Assembly (NCBI GenBank): GCA_945861625.1
Contig: CAMAVI010000001.1
Coordinates: forward strand, 81,944 to 145,943
Direction of reading: 5' to 3'
Length of the DNA: 64,000 nt
Source of the DNA: Candidatus Sulfopaludibacter sp. SbA3
GTDB taxonomy: Bacteria > Acidobacteriota > Terriglobia > Bryobacterales > Bryobacteraceae
Shown here: positions 53,351-61,053 of the stretch, piece by piece
Layout of the letters: every line of letters starts with the position of its first letter
How positions within the stretch are numbered: position 1 is the first letter of the stretch
Program-made: the position numbers and the translations under genes
Notes under the pieces: model-generated
What the model was told of the DNA's origin: nothing
Databases searched by the model: none
What the model saw: only the letters and a program-made list of their open reading frames with translations

Positions 53351-54258
53351 GAGAAGCAAGATTCCAATCTGTGATCGCCGTTGCCATGGCACTGAATTTA
53401 GGGTTAGTATCCGGCACGGCCGGCGCCGCCTCCCCCGTAATCGGGACTGTGGTGGCGCGCGGGGCATTCCGCATGGATAACGCGACGGTCACCGGTAACG
53501 CCACGCTGTTTGAAGGCGCGACGATTGAGACCGCCACAACGGGATCCGCGCTCGAACTGACCAGTGGCGCCCGCGTGACCCTGGGTACGACCACAAAGGG
53601 AAGAGTATTCGGCGACCGGATTGTACTGGAGCGAGGAAAGAGCCGGCTTGACAAAGCCGAGGGCTTCCGCGTGGAGGCAAGGGGCCTGCTGATTCAGCCG
53701 GAGACCGGGAATTCCACGGGGCGGGTTGAGCTGGCCGGTGCGACCCGGGTGGAGGTAGCCGCGCTGACCGGGACATTTCGCGTTCTCAATTCCCGCGGCA
53801 TGGTAGTGGCAAGGATCGCTACAGGCAGCACCCTGGCCTTCGAGCCGCAGTCCATCAACCGCCCGACGCACCTCACCGGACGCGTGGTGAATCGTGGGGG
53901 GCATTATCTGCTGACGGACGAAACCACGAATGTGACAGTGGAGGTAGCTGGGCCCAATCTGGACAAGGTTGCCGGGAAACGGGTGGAGCTGACGGGAACC
54001 TTGGATCCCACCGCAACTCCGGTGAGCGACGCATCGCAATTCATCCGCGTGGCCAGCGTAAAGCCATTGCCCGGCGCAGCTACGGCGGCGGGTGCCGGCG
54101 GGACCGCGGGCGGAACGGCGGGCGGCGCCGTAGGTGGACTCGCGGTTTCCGGGACCGCGATCGCCGTGATTGGCGGTGTAGCGGCAGCGGCGGTTGTGGG
54201 TGGATTGGCGGCCGCGGGCAGTCTTGGGAACGAGACACCCGCCACGGTGAGCCGTTAG
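53347..54258 (+). CDS. Secreted beta-rich protein with a Gly/Ala-rich C-terminal membrane anchor, unknown function
   Basis: GTG 53347 overlaps the upstream stop (GTGA). It has a signal peptide (..AVAMALNLGLVSGTAGAA) and a C-terminal GGLAVSGTAIAVIGGVAAAAVVGGLAAAG hydrophobic tail. Confidence 0.5.
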   Translation: MREARFQSVIAVAMALNLGLVSGTAGAASPVIGTVVARGAFRMDNATVTGNATLFEGATIETATTGSALELTSGARVTLGTTTKGRVFGDRIVLERGKSRLDKAEGFRVEARGLLIQPETGNSTGRVELAGATRVEVAALTGTFRVLNSRGMVVARIATGSTLAFEPQSINRPTHLTGRVVNRGGHYLLTDETTNVTVEVAGPNLDKVAGKRVELTGTLDPTATPVSDASQFIRVASVKPLPGAATAAGAGGTAGGTAGGAVGGLAVSGTAIAVIGGVAAAAVVGGLAAAGSLGNETPATVSR

Positions 54259-54927
54259 ATGGGCACTTTCAGGCGAGCGGCGCGTCATAAATGGTGGGAG
54301 CGGACCGCCGCGCTGGCGCTGCTTTGCTTTTTCGTGTTCGCGGCGGCGATGACGCTGGATCTGGCCGCCGCCGAACTGCGCCATGGAATGGTAGAAAGCG
54401 AACACGTGGAAACCATTCCAACGCAGGAATTATTGCGCGCGGCCGTGGTGGCAAATCCGCGCGACAGCATGTCGTGGATCGCGCTTGGCCTCGCTGCCGA
54501 GCGGAGACATGAGTTAGAACGAGCCGCGCAGTACTTTGCCGAAGCCGAGAGGGTAGATCGCAGGTATTTGCCTGCGTGGAGCTCCGCCAACTATCATTTC
54601 CGCCACGGGGATGCCGCAAACTTTTGGAGCGCGGCGGCGCGCGCCTCGGCTATGATCTACGACGATCCGCGGCCTTTGATCGATCTCGCCGATCGCACGG
54701 AAGCTAATCCCGGCATTGCCCTGGAGCGTCTGCATGCCACGCCCTTCCTGGAGCGGGCATATCTTGATTTTCTGATCGGAAAGCGCCGATGGGACGCCGC
54801 GAGCGTAGTTGCGCTGAAGTTGTTGGCGCGCCACGATGCGGCGGATGCCAGCCGGTTGCGCGATTTTGCCGATCGCTTGCGGAGCGCCGGGCGGAGCGAT
54901 TTGGCGCCCCGTTCCGCGGCGATATGA
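54259..54927 (+). CDS. N-terminally anchored helical-repeat (TPR-like) protein, unknown function
   Basis: The ATG immediately follows the upstream stop (TAGATG). It has a TM segment (AALALLCFFVFAAAMTL), then helical repeats (..WIALGLAAERRHELERAAQYFAEAERVD..). Confidence 0.4.
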   Translation: MGTFRRAARHKWWERTAALALLCFFVFAAAMTLDLAAAELRHGMVESEHVETIPTQELLRAAVVANPRDSMSWIALGLAAERRHELERAAQYFAEAERVDRRYLPAWSSANYHFRHGDAANFWSAAARASAMIYDDPRPLIDLADRTEANPGIALERLHATPFLERAYLDFLIGKRRWDAASVVALKLLARHDAADASRLRDFADRLRSAGRSDLAPRSAAI

Positions 54928-54936
54928 GGAATTCCC

Positions 54937-55254
54937 ATGACTGTTTCTAAAGGCAAGGGCCGCGAGCGCACCTCGAATATAGTGCGGCATTGTCCTAAGT
55001 GCGGATCCATCCGCGTTCACCCTTCCCGCCGGCAGGGTCCTGTCGAGAATCTACTGGCCACCCTGGGCGGAACCATTTGCCGTTGCCATGATTGCTGCGC
55101 GCGCAGGGTTTGGTTTGGCCTCGCGGCTCTCCCGATCGGGAACCGTGATCCCGAAACTCCGCCGTGGACCGGAATTGCGATGTTCGGTTCCAGCTGTGCC
55201 GCCTTGGCGCTGGTATGGTGGGTGGTCACTCGGATCGCGGGAAGTTCGTTCTGA
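54937..55254 (+). CDS. Zn-ribbon protein with a C-terminal TM helix
   Basis: 105 aa with GAGGA upstream. It has CPKCGS...CRCHDCC (four-Cys ribbon) followed by IAMFGSSCAALALVWWVV. Confidence 0.45.
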   Translation: MTVSKGKGRERTSNIVRHCPKCGSIRVHPSRRQGPVENLLATLGGTICRCHDCCARRVWFGLAALPIGNRDPETPPWTGIAMFGSSCAALALVWWVVTRIAGSSF

Positions 55255-56049
55255 GTGAGACCGTGGTTCTTAAGCATCGGAATTCACGCGGCTCTGGCTG
55301 TGCTTCTCCTTACCGTAGACCCTCCTGAGCCTTCATCACGTGCCGCGCCGCGCGTGAGGCGCTTGGTTGCGCTAACCGTTGCTCCTCCCTCTCGGCCCGC
55401 GATTCCACGCATTATCACCCGCCGCCCTCAACCGCGCCTCTTCCCGATATCCGCGGCCAAGGCTCTATCCCTTCCGGCCCCGGCCGCTGTGCCAATTCTG
55501 AATCTTGACGTGTCTCCAACTGCCGCCGTTCTGCCGGCCTTGCCGGAAGGCTCGCCGTTGCCGCCGCCTCCGCTGAAGACCGATAACCTGTCCTCCGTGA
55601 CGGCTGCTCCCGCGCTCGCTCGAACAGCAAGCCTGCAAGCGGCGGGTTTTTCCACTGTTACCTCGGACAACATACCCAAAGTCCCGGTCCAGGCCGTAAG
55701 CGCCGGTTTCGGTGATGTGGCGGTAGCGGAACCTGCACCAAGCCAGCGGTCCATACGAACGGAGCCGCCGCGCGACGTAACTAGGCCGGTTGAGATCCTA
55801 TCCAAACCGCGGCCAGTCTACACGGCGGAAGCCCGCCGCCTGCGACTGGAGGGAGAAGTGCTGCTGGAGGTCCTGTTTTCAGCCTCCGGCAGCGCGCGCG
55901 TGACTCGTCTGCTGCGCGGGCTCGGACACGGCTTGGACGAAAGTGCGGCCGCGGCGGCCACCGCCATTCGTTACCGGCCCGCGGAAAAGGCCGGCGCGCC
56001 GGCGGATGTGGCCGCAATCGTGCACATTGTTTTTCAACTGGCCTACTAA
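55255..56049 (+). CDS. TonB-family protein (C-terminal TonB domain)
   Basis: The GTG immediately follows the upstream stop. It has an N-terminal TM (WFLSIGIHAALAVLLLTV), a Pro-rich spacer, and the C-terminal PVYTAEARRLRLEGEVLLEVLFSASGSARVTRLLRGLGHGLDESAAAAATAIRYRPAEKAG. Confidence 0.75.
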   Translation: MRPWFLSIGIHAALAVLLLTVDPPEPSSRAAPRVRRLVALTVAPPSRPAIPRIITRRPQPRLFPISAAKALSLPAPAAVPILNLDVSPTAAVLPALPEGSPLPPPPLKTDNLSSVTAAPALARTASLQAAGFSTVTSDNIPKVPVQAVSAGFGDVAVAEPAPSQRSIRTEPPRDVTRPVEILSKPRPVYTAEARRLRLEGEVLLEVLFSASGSARVTRLLRGLGHGLDESAAAAATAIRYRPAEKAGAPADVAAIVHIVFQLAY

Positions 56050-56058
56050 GGAAAAGTC

Positions 56059-57714
56059 ATGTCACGCATTTTCATTTTCCTGACCCTGCTGCTGGCCTCC
56101 CCACTGAACGCGGCAGACACGCCGGAGGCGGCGGTCGACAAGCTGCTCGACCGCATTGTGGAAATCGAAAAGACGTTTCTGGAATCGATTCGAAGCCGCA
56201 CGCCGCTGATTGAAACGTACATTCAAGAGACTCCGGATTCCGCCGAGGCGGCCGCGCGGCCGGGCAAGGATCACTATTTTCTGGGCCGCCTTCGCCTTGC
56301 CGGCACGGTGTATTATCAACCCTTGGTGGAGCGTACCGAAGCCGAGCCCGCCCATGCTCCGCCGAAGATGGCTTCCCGGTTGCGGCTTCGCCCGGCGGTT
56401 CCCCGGAGCCGTCCGCTCTCGTTTCTGCCGCGCGGCTTTGCGCAGATGGCGGTCATTGATCTGCACGATTTTAGTCGCGCGACATATAGCTTCGAATTCG
56501 TTCGTAGAGAGTTTTTGGGGGAAGTACGATGCCTGGTTTTCGACGTAGCTCCTCTGAACCGGCAGCAGCCCGGCAAGTTTCTGGGACGAATGTGGGTGGA
56601 GGATCGGGGCAACGCCATCGTCCGCTTCAATGGCACTTACGTGCCTCTGCCTGTGCCCAAAGGAGCCATTCCGGAACTCTATTTCCATTTCGATAGTTGG
56701 CGCGTCAATACGAACGGCGCGGAATGGTTGCCGGCGCAAATCTACATCGAGGAAGAAGGCGGAAGCCCGCAAGTGAGTGCCGTCACGCCGCGCTTCAAGG
56801 CTCAGTCGCGGATCTGGGGCTACGTCGCCGCGCGGCCGAACCGTCTCGACGAGCTGACCAGCATCCTGATCGAAAGCGCCACGCCCGTAAACGATCAGGA
56901 AGCGCCCAAAGACATCTCTCCACTGGAGAGCCAGCGTTCGTGGGAACGGCAGGCCGAGGAAAATGTCCTGGCGCGTTTGGAGAAAGGCGGCTTTCTCGCG
57001 CCAGCGGGGCCGGTGGACGAGGTTCTCAATACCGTCGTCAACAACCTGCTTGTGTCGGCGAAGCTAGCGGTGGAGGCCCGTTGCCGGGTGCTGCTGACAA
57101 CCCCCATGGAAACGTTTGTAGTGGGAAACACGATCGTCATCAGCCGCGGTCTCATCGACGTCTTGCCGGATGAGGCCAGTCTGGCGCTCGCGCTGGCGGG
57201 CGAACTGTCCCACATTGCACTGGGGCACCGGGCGCAAACCCAATTCGCGTTTACCAATCAGACCATGTTGAGCGATCCCGAATTGCTCCAGCGCTTCCGT
57301 TTCCGGCGCTCGACGGAAGAAATGCTCGCCGCTTCGAAGAAGACCATCGAGATCATGCGCGCGTCCCCGTATCAGAAAACCGCGAACGCCGGGCTGTTTT
57401 TGAAGGCGCTGGAAGCCCACCGCGCGGCGCTGCCCCGGCTATTGCAGGCCAATTTGGGCGATCAGGTGGCCGACCCCGACGCGTTGCGCCAGTTGGAGGA
57501 GTTCGCGGCTTCCGCGCCGGCTCTCGAAGAAGACAAGCTGGAGCAGATTGCCGCGCTGCCCCTTGGCTCGCGGGTGAAGCTGAATCCGTGGACCAATGCC
57601 ATCGAACTGGTGAAGACGCGCCCGCTGGCGCTGCTCTCGCCGCGCGAGAAAATGCCCTTTGCCGTGACGCCGTTCGTGCTCTACCTGACACGCGCGGCCC
57701 CGGCTATGAAGTAA
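56059..57714 (+). CDS. Secreted protein with a degenerate M48-peptidase-like region (GExxH instead of HExxH)
   Basis: 551 aa with a signal peptide (MSRIFIFLTLLLASPLNA). The segment FVVGNTIVISRGLIDVLPDEASLALALAGELSHIALGH aligns by eye with the M48 active-site region, but the first His is replaced by Gly. Confidence 0.45.
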   Translation: MSRIFIFLTLLLASPLNAADTPEAAVDKLLDRIVEIEKTFLESIRSRTPLIETYIQETPDSAEAAARPGKDHYFLGRLRLAGTVYYQPLVERTEAEPAHAPPKMASRLRLRPAVPRSRPLSFLPRGFAQMAVIDLHDFSRATYSFEFVRREFLGEVRCLVFDVAPLNRQQPGKFLGRMWVEDRGNAIVRFNGTYVPLPVPKGAIPELYFHFDSWRVNTNGAEWLPAQIYIEEEGGSPQVSAVTPRFKAQSRIWGYVAARPNRLDELTSILIESATPVNDQEAPKDISPLESQRSWERQAEENVLARLEKGGFLAPAGPVDEVLNTVVNNLLVSAKLAVEARCRVLLTTPMETFVVGNTIVISRGLIDVLPDEASLALALAGELSHIALGHRAQTQFAFTNQTMLSDPELLQRFRFRRSTEEMLAASKKTIEIMRASPYQKTANAGLFLKALEAHRAALPRLLQANLGDQVADPDALRQLEEFAASAPALEEDKLEQIAALPLGSRVKLNPWTNAIELVKTRPLALLSPREKMPFAVTPFVLYLTRAAPAMK

Positions 57715-59230
57715 CTTTCAGTTCCTCCAGGTGCTTGCCGGTTTCGGCTTCGATGCCGGCATGCAGGCTATTGCCGTGTGCGTCCATGGTCACGATGCCC
57801 ACGAAGTCGTGTACGCGCAGCTTCCACATGGCTTCCGGAATGCCGAACTCAAGGAAGTTGACGCCGAGGACTTTGTCGATCGACCGGGCGTAGTACTGCG
57901 CCGCTCCGCCGATGCCGTTGACGTAAACTGCTCCGTGCTCTTGGAGCGCGGCCAGCGTCTTCTTGCCCATGCCGCCTTTACCCACCACGATTCGCACGCC
58001 GAAATTCTTGATGATGTCGGCCTGGTAGGGCTCTTCGCGGCTGCTGGTGGTGGGGCCGGCGGCCTTCACGGTCCAGTTCTCGCCGCTCTTGAGCATGACC
58101 GGGCCGCAGTGATACAACATCGCGCCGCGCCAGTCCACTCCTGGAGGCAGAGGATTATTCATCAGGTGTGCGTGCACCGCATCGCGGCCGGTGTAACACT
58201 CGCCCGTGATTAACACGACGTCACCAACCTTAAGCGCCCGTATCTGTTCCTCGCTCACCGGCGGACGCAGAATGATCTCGCGCCCACTGAGCGGGAAGCC
58301 CTCGCCCTGGGTCATCTTCTCGACCGGCCGCTGCGGATCGCGGTACAGCCACCCGGTGATGGCGCCGCTCGACGCATCGAGCTTCACGCCCAAGCGGCGG
58401 AAGGCCCAGCATTCGTAGGCAACCGACACAAAGAAACTTGCCGGAAGACGGTTGGCCGCCATGATCTTACATCCGATTAGGGAAAGCTTGCCGCCGAAAC
58501 CCATCGCTCCGATACCCAGGCGGTTGGCTTCCTCCATGATCTGGTTTTCCAGCGCCGCCAGTTCGGGAACCGGATTGACGTCATCCAGCGTGCGGAACAA
58601 TTCTCCTTTGGCCAGATCATAGCCGTGCGCGCGGTCGCTGCCGATGCAGACACCCACCGCTCCCGGCGCGCAGCCTTGCCCCTGCGCCTGCCAGATGGCG
58701 TGCAGGATGCACTTGCGCACGCCTTCCAGGTTCCGGTTCACTGTGCCGACGTGCTCGAGCTCGCAGGGAACCGTGTACTGAATATTCTTGTTCTCGCAGC
58801 CGCCACCCTTGAGGATCAGCTTCACCTCGATCTCATCCTGCTCCCATTGTTCGAAGTGGATCACGGGGGTCTCGATACCGAGATTGTTGCCGCTGTTCTT
58901 GCCGGTCAGCGAGTCCACGGAATTCGGCCGTAGTTTGCCGCGCTTGGTGGCTTCGGCGACGGCCTCGCGGATGGCTTTCTTCACAACAATCTGATTGACG
59001 CCCAGCGGAGTGTGCACCACGAAGGTGGGCATGCCGGTGTCCTGGCAGATGGGCTGCTCGTCGTCCGCCGCCATATCGATATTGGAGGCGATAATGTTCA
59101 ACGCCTGCGACGCCTGGGTGTTCGGCGTTTCCACCAGCAGCGCGCCTTTCATGGCCGCGCGGACATCCGGCGGAAGATTGGTGGCGGTCTGGGTGATCAG
59201 TTCAATGAGGCTTTCAACGAGAAATTGCAT
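57704..59230 (-). CDS. Class I (Fe-S dependent) fumarate hydratase, fused alpha/beta type
   Basis: 508 aa. ..ICQDTGMPTFVVH.., ..GGGCENKN.. and the C-terminal ..GKGGMG.. motifs are typical of class I fumarase/tartrate dehydratase. Confidence 0.9.
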   Translation of the reverse strand: MQFLVESLIELITQTATNLPPDVRAAMKGALLVETPNTQASQALNIIASNIDMAADDEQPICQDTGMPTFVVHTPLGVNQIVVKKAIREAVAEATKRGKLRPNSVDSLTGKNSGNNLGIETPVIHFEQWEQDEIEVKLILKGGGCENKNIQYTVPCELEHVGTVNRNLEGVRKCILHAIWQAQGQGCAPGAVGVCIGSDRAHGYDLAKGELFRTLDDVNPVPELAALENQIMEEANRLGIGAMGFGGKLSLIGCKIMAANRLPASFFVSVAYECWAFRRLGVKLDASSGAITGWLYRDPQRPVEKMTQGEGFPLSGREIILRPPVSEEQIRALKVGDVVLITGECYTGRDAVHAHLMNNPLPPGVDWRGAMLYHCGPVMLKSGENWTVKAAGPTTSSREEPYQADIIKNFGVRIVVGKGGMGKKTLAALQEHGAVYVNGIGGAAQYYARSIDKVLGVNFLEFGIPEAMWKLRVHDFVGIVTMDAHGNSLHAGIEAETGKHLEELKVTS

Positions 59231-59232
59231 GG

Positions 59233-59278
59233 AGATTCAATTTTAGCGCGCCGGTGGTGCACGGCGCGATTTGAATCT
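59233..59278. terminator. Long inverted repeat between the Cys-rich mini-ORF and the fumarase start
   Basis: AGATTCAA-tttta-GCGCGCCG-gtggtgca-CGGCGCG-at-TTGAATCT forms outer 8-bp and inner 7-bp stems. There is no clear U-tract, so it may be a terminator, attenuator or operator. Confidence 0.35.
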
Positions 59279-59438
59279 AATCTTGGTTGCGGCGCAGTTC
59301 GCAGTCGCAGCAGTCACTGCAACGCTTACATTTGTCGCAGCGGTGATTGGGGCAAGCATCCTTGGTGCAGTAGACGCAAATCCCGGTGGCGGCTTCGTTG
59401 CAAATACTGCACGGGTAGGTAAGGATTTCCTGCATCAT
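59277..59438 (-). CDS. 53-aa cysteine-rich mini-protein, below the ORF-track length cut-off
   Basis: My own translation: MMQEILTYPCSICNEAATGICVYCTKDACPNHRCDKCKRCSDCCDCELRRNQD* (11 Cys). It starts 2 nt after the stop of the 59441..60097 gene. Its GC-rich third positions match neighbouring genes. Confidence 0.5.
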   Translation of the reverse strand: MMQEILTYPCSICNEAATGICVYCTKDACPNHRCDKCKRCSDCCDCELRRNQD

Positions 59439-59440
59439 GT

Positions 59441-60097
59441 TCACTTGGCCGGCGCCGGCTTGGGAGCCGCGGGGCGGGCTGGTGCCTGCACCAGAGATCC
59501 TCGGCAGCGTTGCGCTTCCTGATCGACAATCCGGAATTCCTGCTCCTTGGTCTGTGCCAGGTCGCTCACATACTGGCGAAGCTGATCGCGATTGTTGGCG
59601 TTGGCTCCTACTACGCTCACGAGCAACTCGCCCACGGCCGGATTTTGGTAGCGGCGCACGCCATCCACGAGCGAATTCACCTGCGACTCCAACGACTGCA
59701 GGCGGAACAAAGTTTCCAGTGCGAGGGTCAGTTTTTCCGGTTGCTTGCGCAGTGCCTGTGCCGCGCCAATGAGATAGCCTACTTCGTTACGCGCCAGTTG
59801 CCACTGCGTTGTGTAGGTGGCGGGTGCGCCCTTCGCTTCCCACTGCTGGGGCGTCAATTGCTCCAGCAGCGGATTCAGCCGCTCGGCTTGTTCAATCAGC
59901 GCGGCGATATCCTTCGATGTGTCCCAAGGGGCGGAGACGCCTTGCGCGCATACCAAGCCGGGGAGAAGCAGAAGCGCAAAGGCTGCGACGGCGCGGCGCC
60001 ATATGAAACAGGAACATGCAGTCTGGGGGCGCTGGAGCGAGTCCGTTTTGCGTGTGTTCCTTAACAGAAGCGTGAGGAGAGTGAGGGCGTACTTCAT
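59441..60097 (-). CDS. Secreted helical hypothetical protein
   Basis: 218 aa with a hydrophobic signal-like segment (AVAAFALLLLPGLVCAQG) and a Pro/Ala-rich C-terminus. I recognise no family. Confidence 0.5.
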   Translation of the reverse strand: MKYALTLLTLLLRNTRKTDSLQRPQTACSCFIWRRAVAAFALLLLPGLVCAQGVSAPWDTSKDIAALIEQAERLNPLLEQLTPQQWEAKGAPATYTTQWQLARNEVGYLIGAAQALRKQPEKLTLALETLFRLQSLESQVNSLVDGVRRYQNPAVGELLVSVVGANANNRDQLRQYVSDLAQTKEQEFRIVDQEAQRCRGSLVQAPARPAAPKPAPAK

Positions 60098-60140
60098 AAC
60101 TACCTGCTAGTTTCTCACGGTTAGCGGAGGAGGACGCCGC

Positions 60141-60935
60141 CTAAAAAACCGGAGGACCAGGAGGAGGCGGCGGAGGAGGTGGTGGCGGAGGATTCTTCTG
60201 TGTGTCGCCGACTGGACCGCCGGCGCCTCCTCCGATGCCGCCGATTCCACCGGAACCCGAGCGAGGCATCCGCGTGGCGACTGTGATCACCGCGTCGGCC
60301 ATGGAACGCAACACCTGGCGGGCGAGACTTCCCTTATCGAAATTCTTGGCGATGGGCTCGTTGCGGTATACGCGTAACGATTCGCCCGTGTTCAGGATCT
60401 TAGAATTACCCCGTGGCAGCAGAGCATGCTGAACTTCCACTGTGCCTTCTTCCACTTCGACCAGCGTGGTTTCATCGTCGTCGTCGACGGAGATGTCGAA
60501 GGTTGTCCCGCGCACCGAGATTACCGCCGTGGGCGTCAGCACACGGTTCGGATTGGGGATGTTTCCCAAGTGCTCAATGTGCACGCGGACGCGGCCCACC
60601 AGTACGTCGATGAAATCCTTCCAGTTCGGCGGATTCTTGCGGAAGACCACTCGCGAGTTAGGGAATACTTCAAATGTACTGCCGTCGGAAACCTGGAGGA
60701 TCGCGTGCCCGTCATTTCCCGTGAGGATCAAATCCTTCACCTGCACGGAATCCCCGATGGAGAGAGCCCACGGTTGGGCGTCCTTGAAGACGGAGACCTG
60801 GCCGCTCTGGGTGATGACCTTTGCCGCGTAATTGCTTGCATTAAAAGGAGAAAATTGGGCTGAACACACGACCGCCATGGCTGTCAAAAGAACTGACAAC
60901 CGCAGTGCCCGGCTCCGATGCAACCCTCGCAGCAT
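60141..60935 (-). CDS. FecR-domain protein with a poly-proline C-terminus
   Basis: 264 aa with a signal peptide. ..GDSVQVKDLILTGNDGHAILQVSDGSTFEVFPNSRVVF.. and ..VISVRGTTFDISVD..VEVEEGTVEV resemble the FecR sensor domain. The tail is PPPPPPPPPPPGPPVF. Confidence 0.65.
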   Translation of the reverse strand: MLRGLHRSRALRLSVLLTAMAVVCSAQFSPFNASNYAAKVITQSGQVSVFKDAQPWALSIGDSVQVKDLILTGNDGHAILQVSDGSTFEVFPNSRVVFRKNPPNWKDFIDVLVGRVRVHIEHLGNIPNPNRVLTPTAVISVRGTTFDISVDDDDETTLVEVEEGTVEVQHALLPRGNSKILNTGESLRVYRNEPIAKNFDKGSLARQVLRSMADAVITVATRMPRSGSGGIGGIGGGAGGPVGDTQKNPPPPPPPPPPPGPPVF

Positions 60936-61053
60936 AAATGTTACCCGCTCAGTGTACCATCAAAGTGCATTGCAAGGGACTGGTCTCAGTAATTTTTCCC
61001 TTAGATCACCTGTTGAATCATGAGTTTCACGGTTAAAATGCCGATAGATACAC

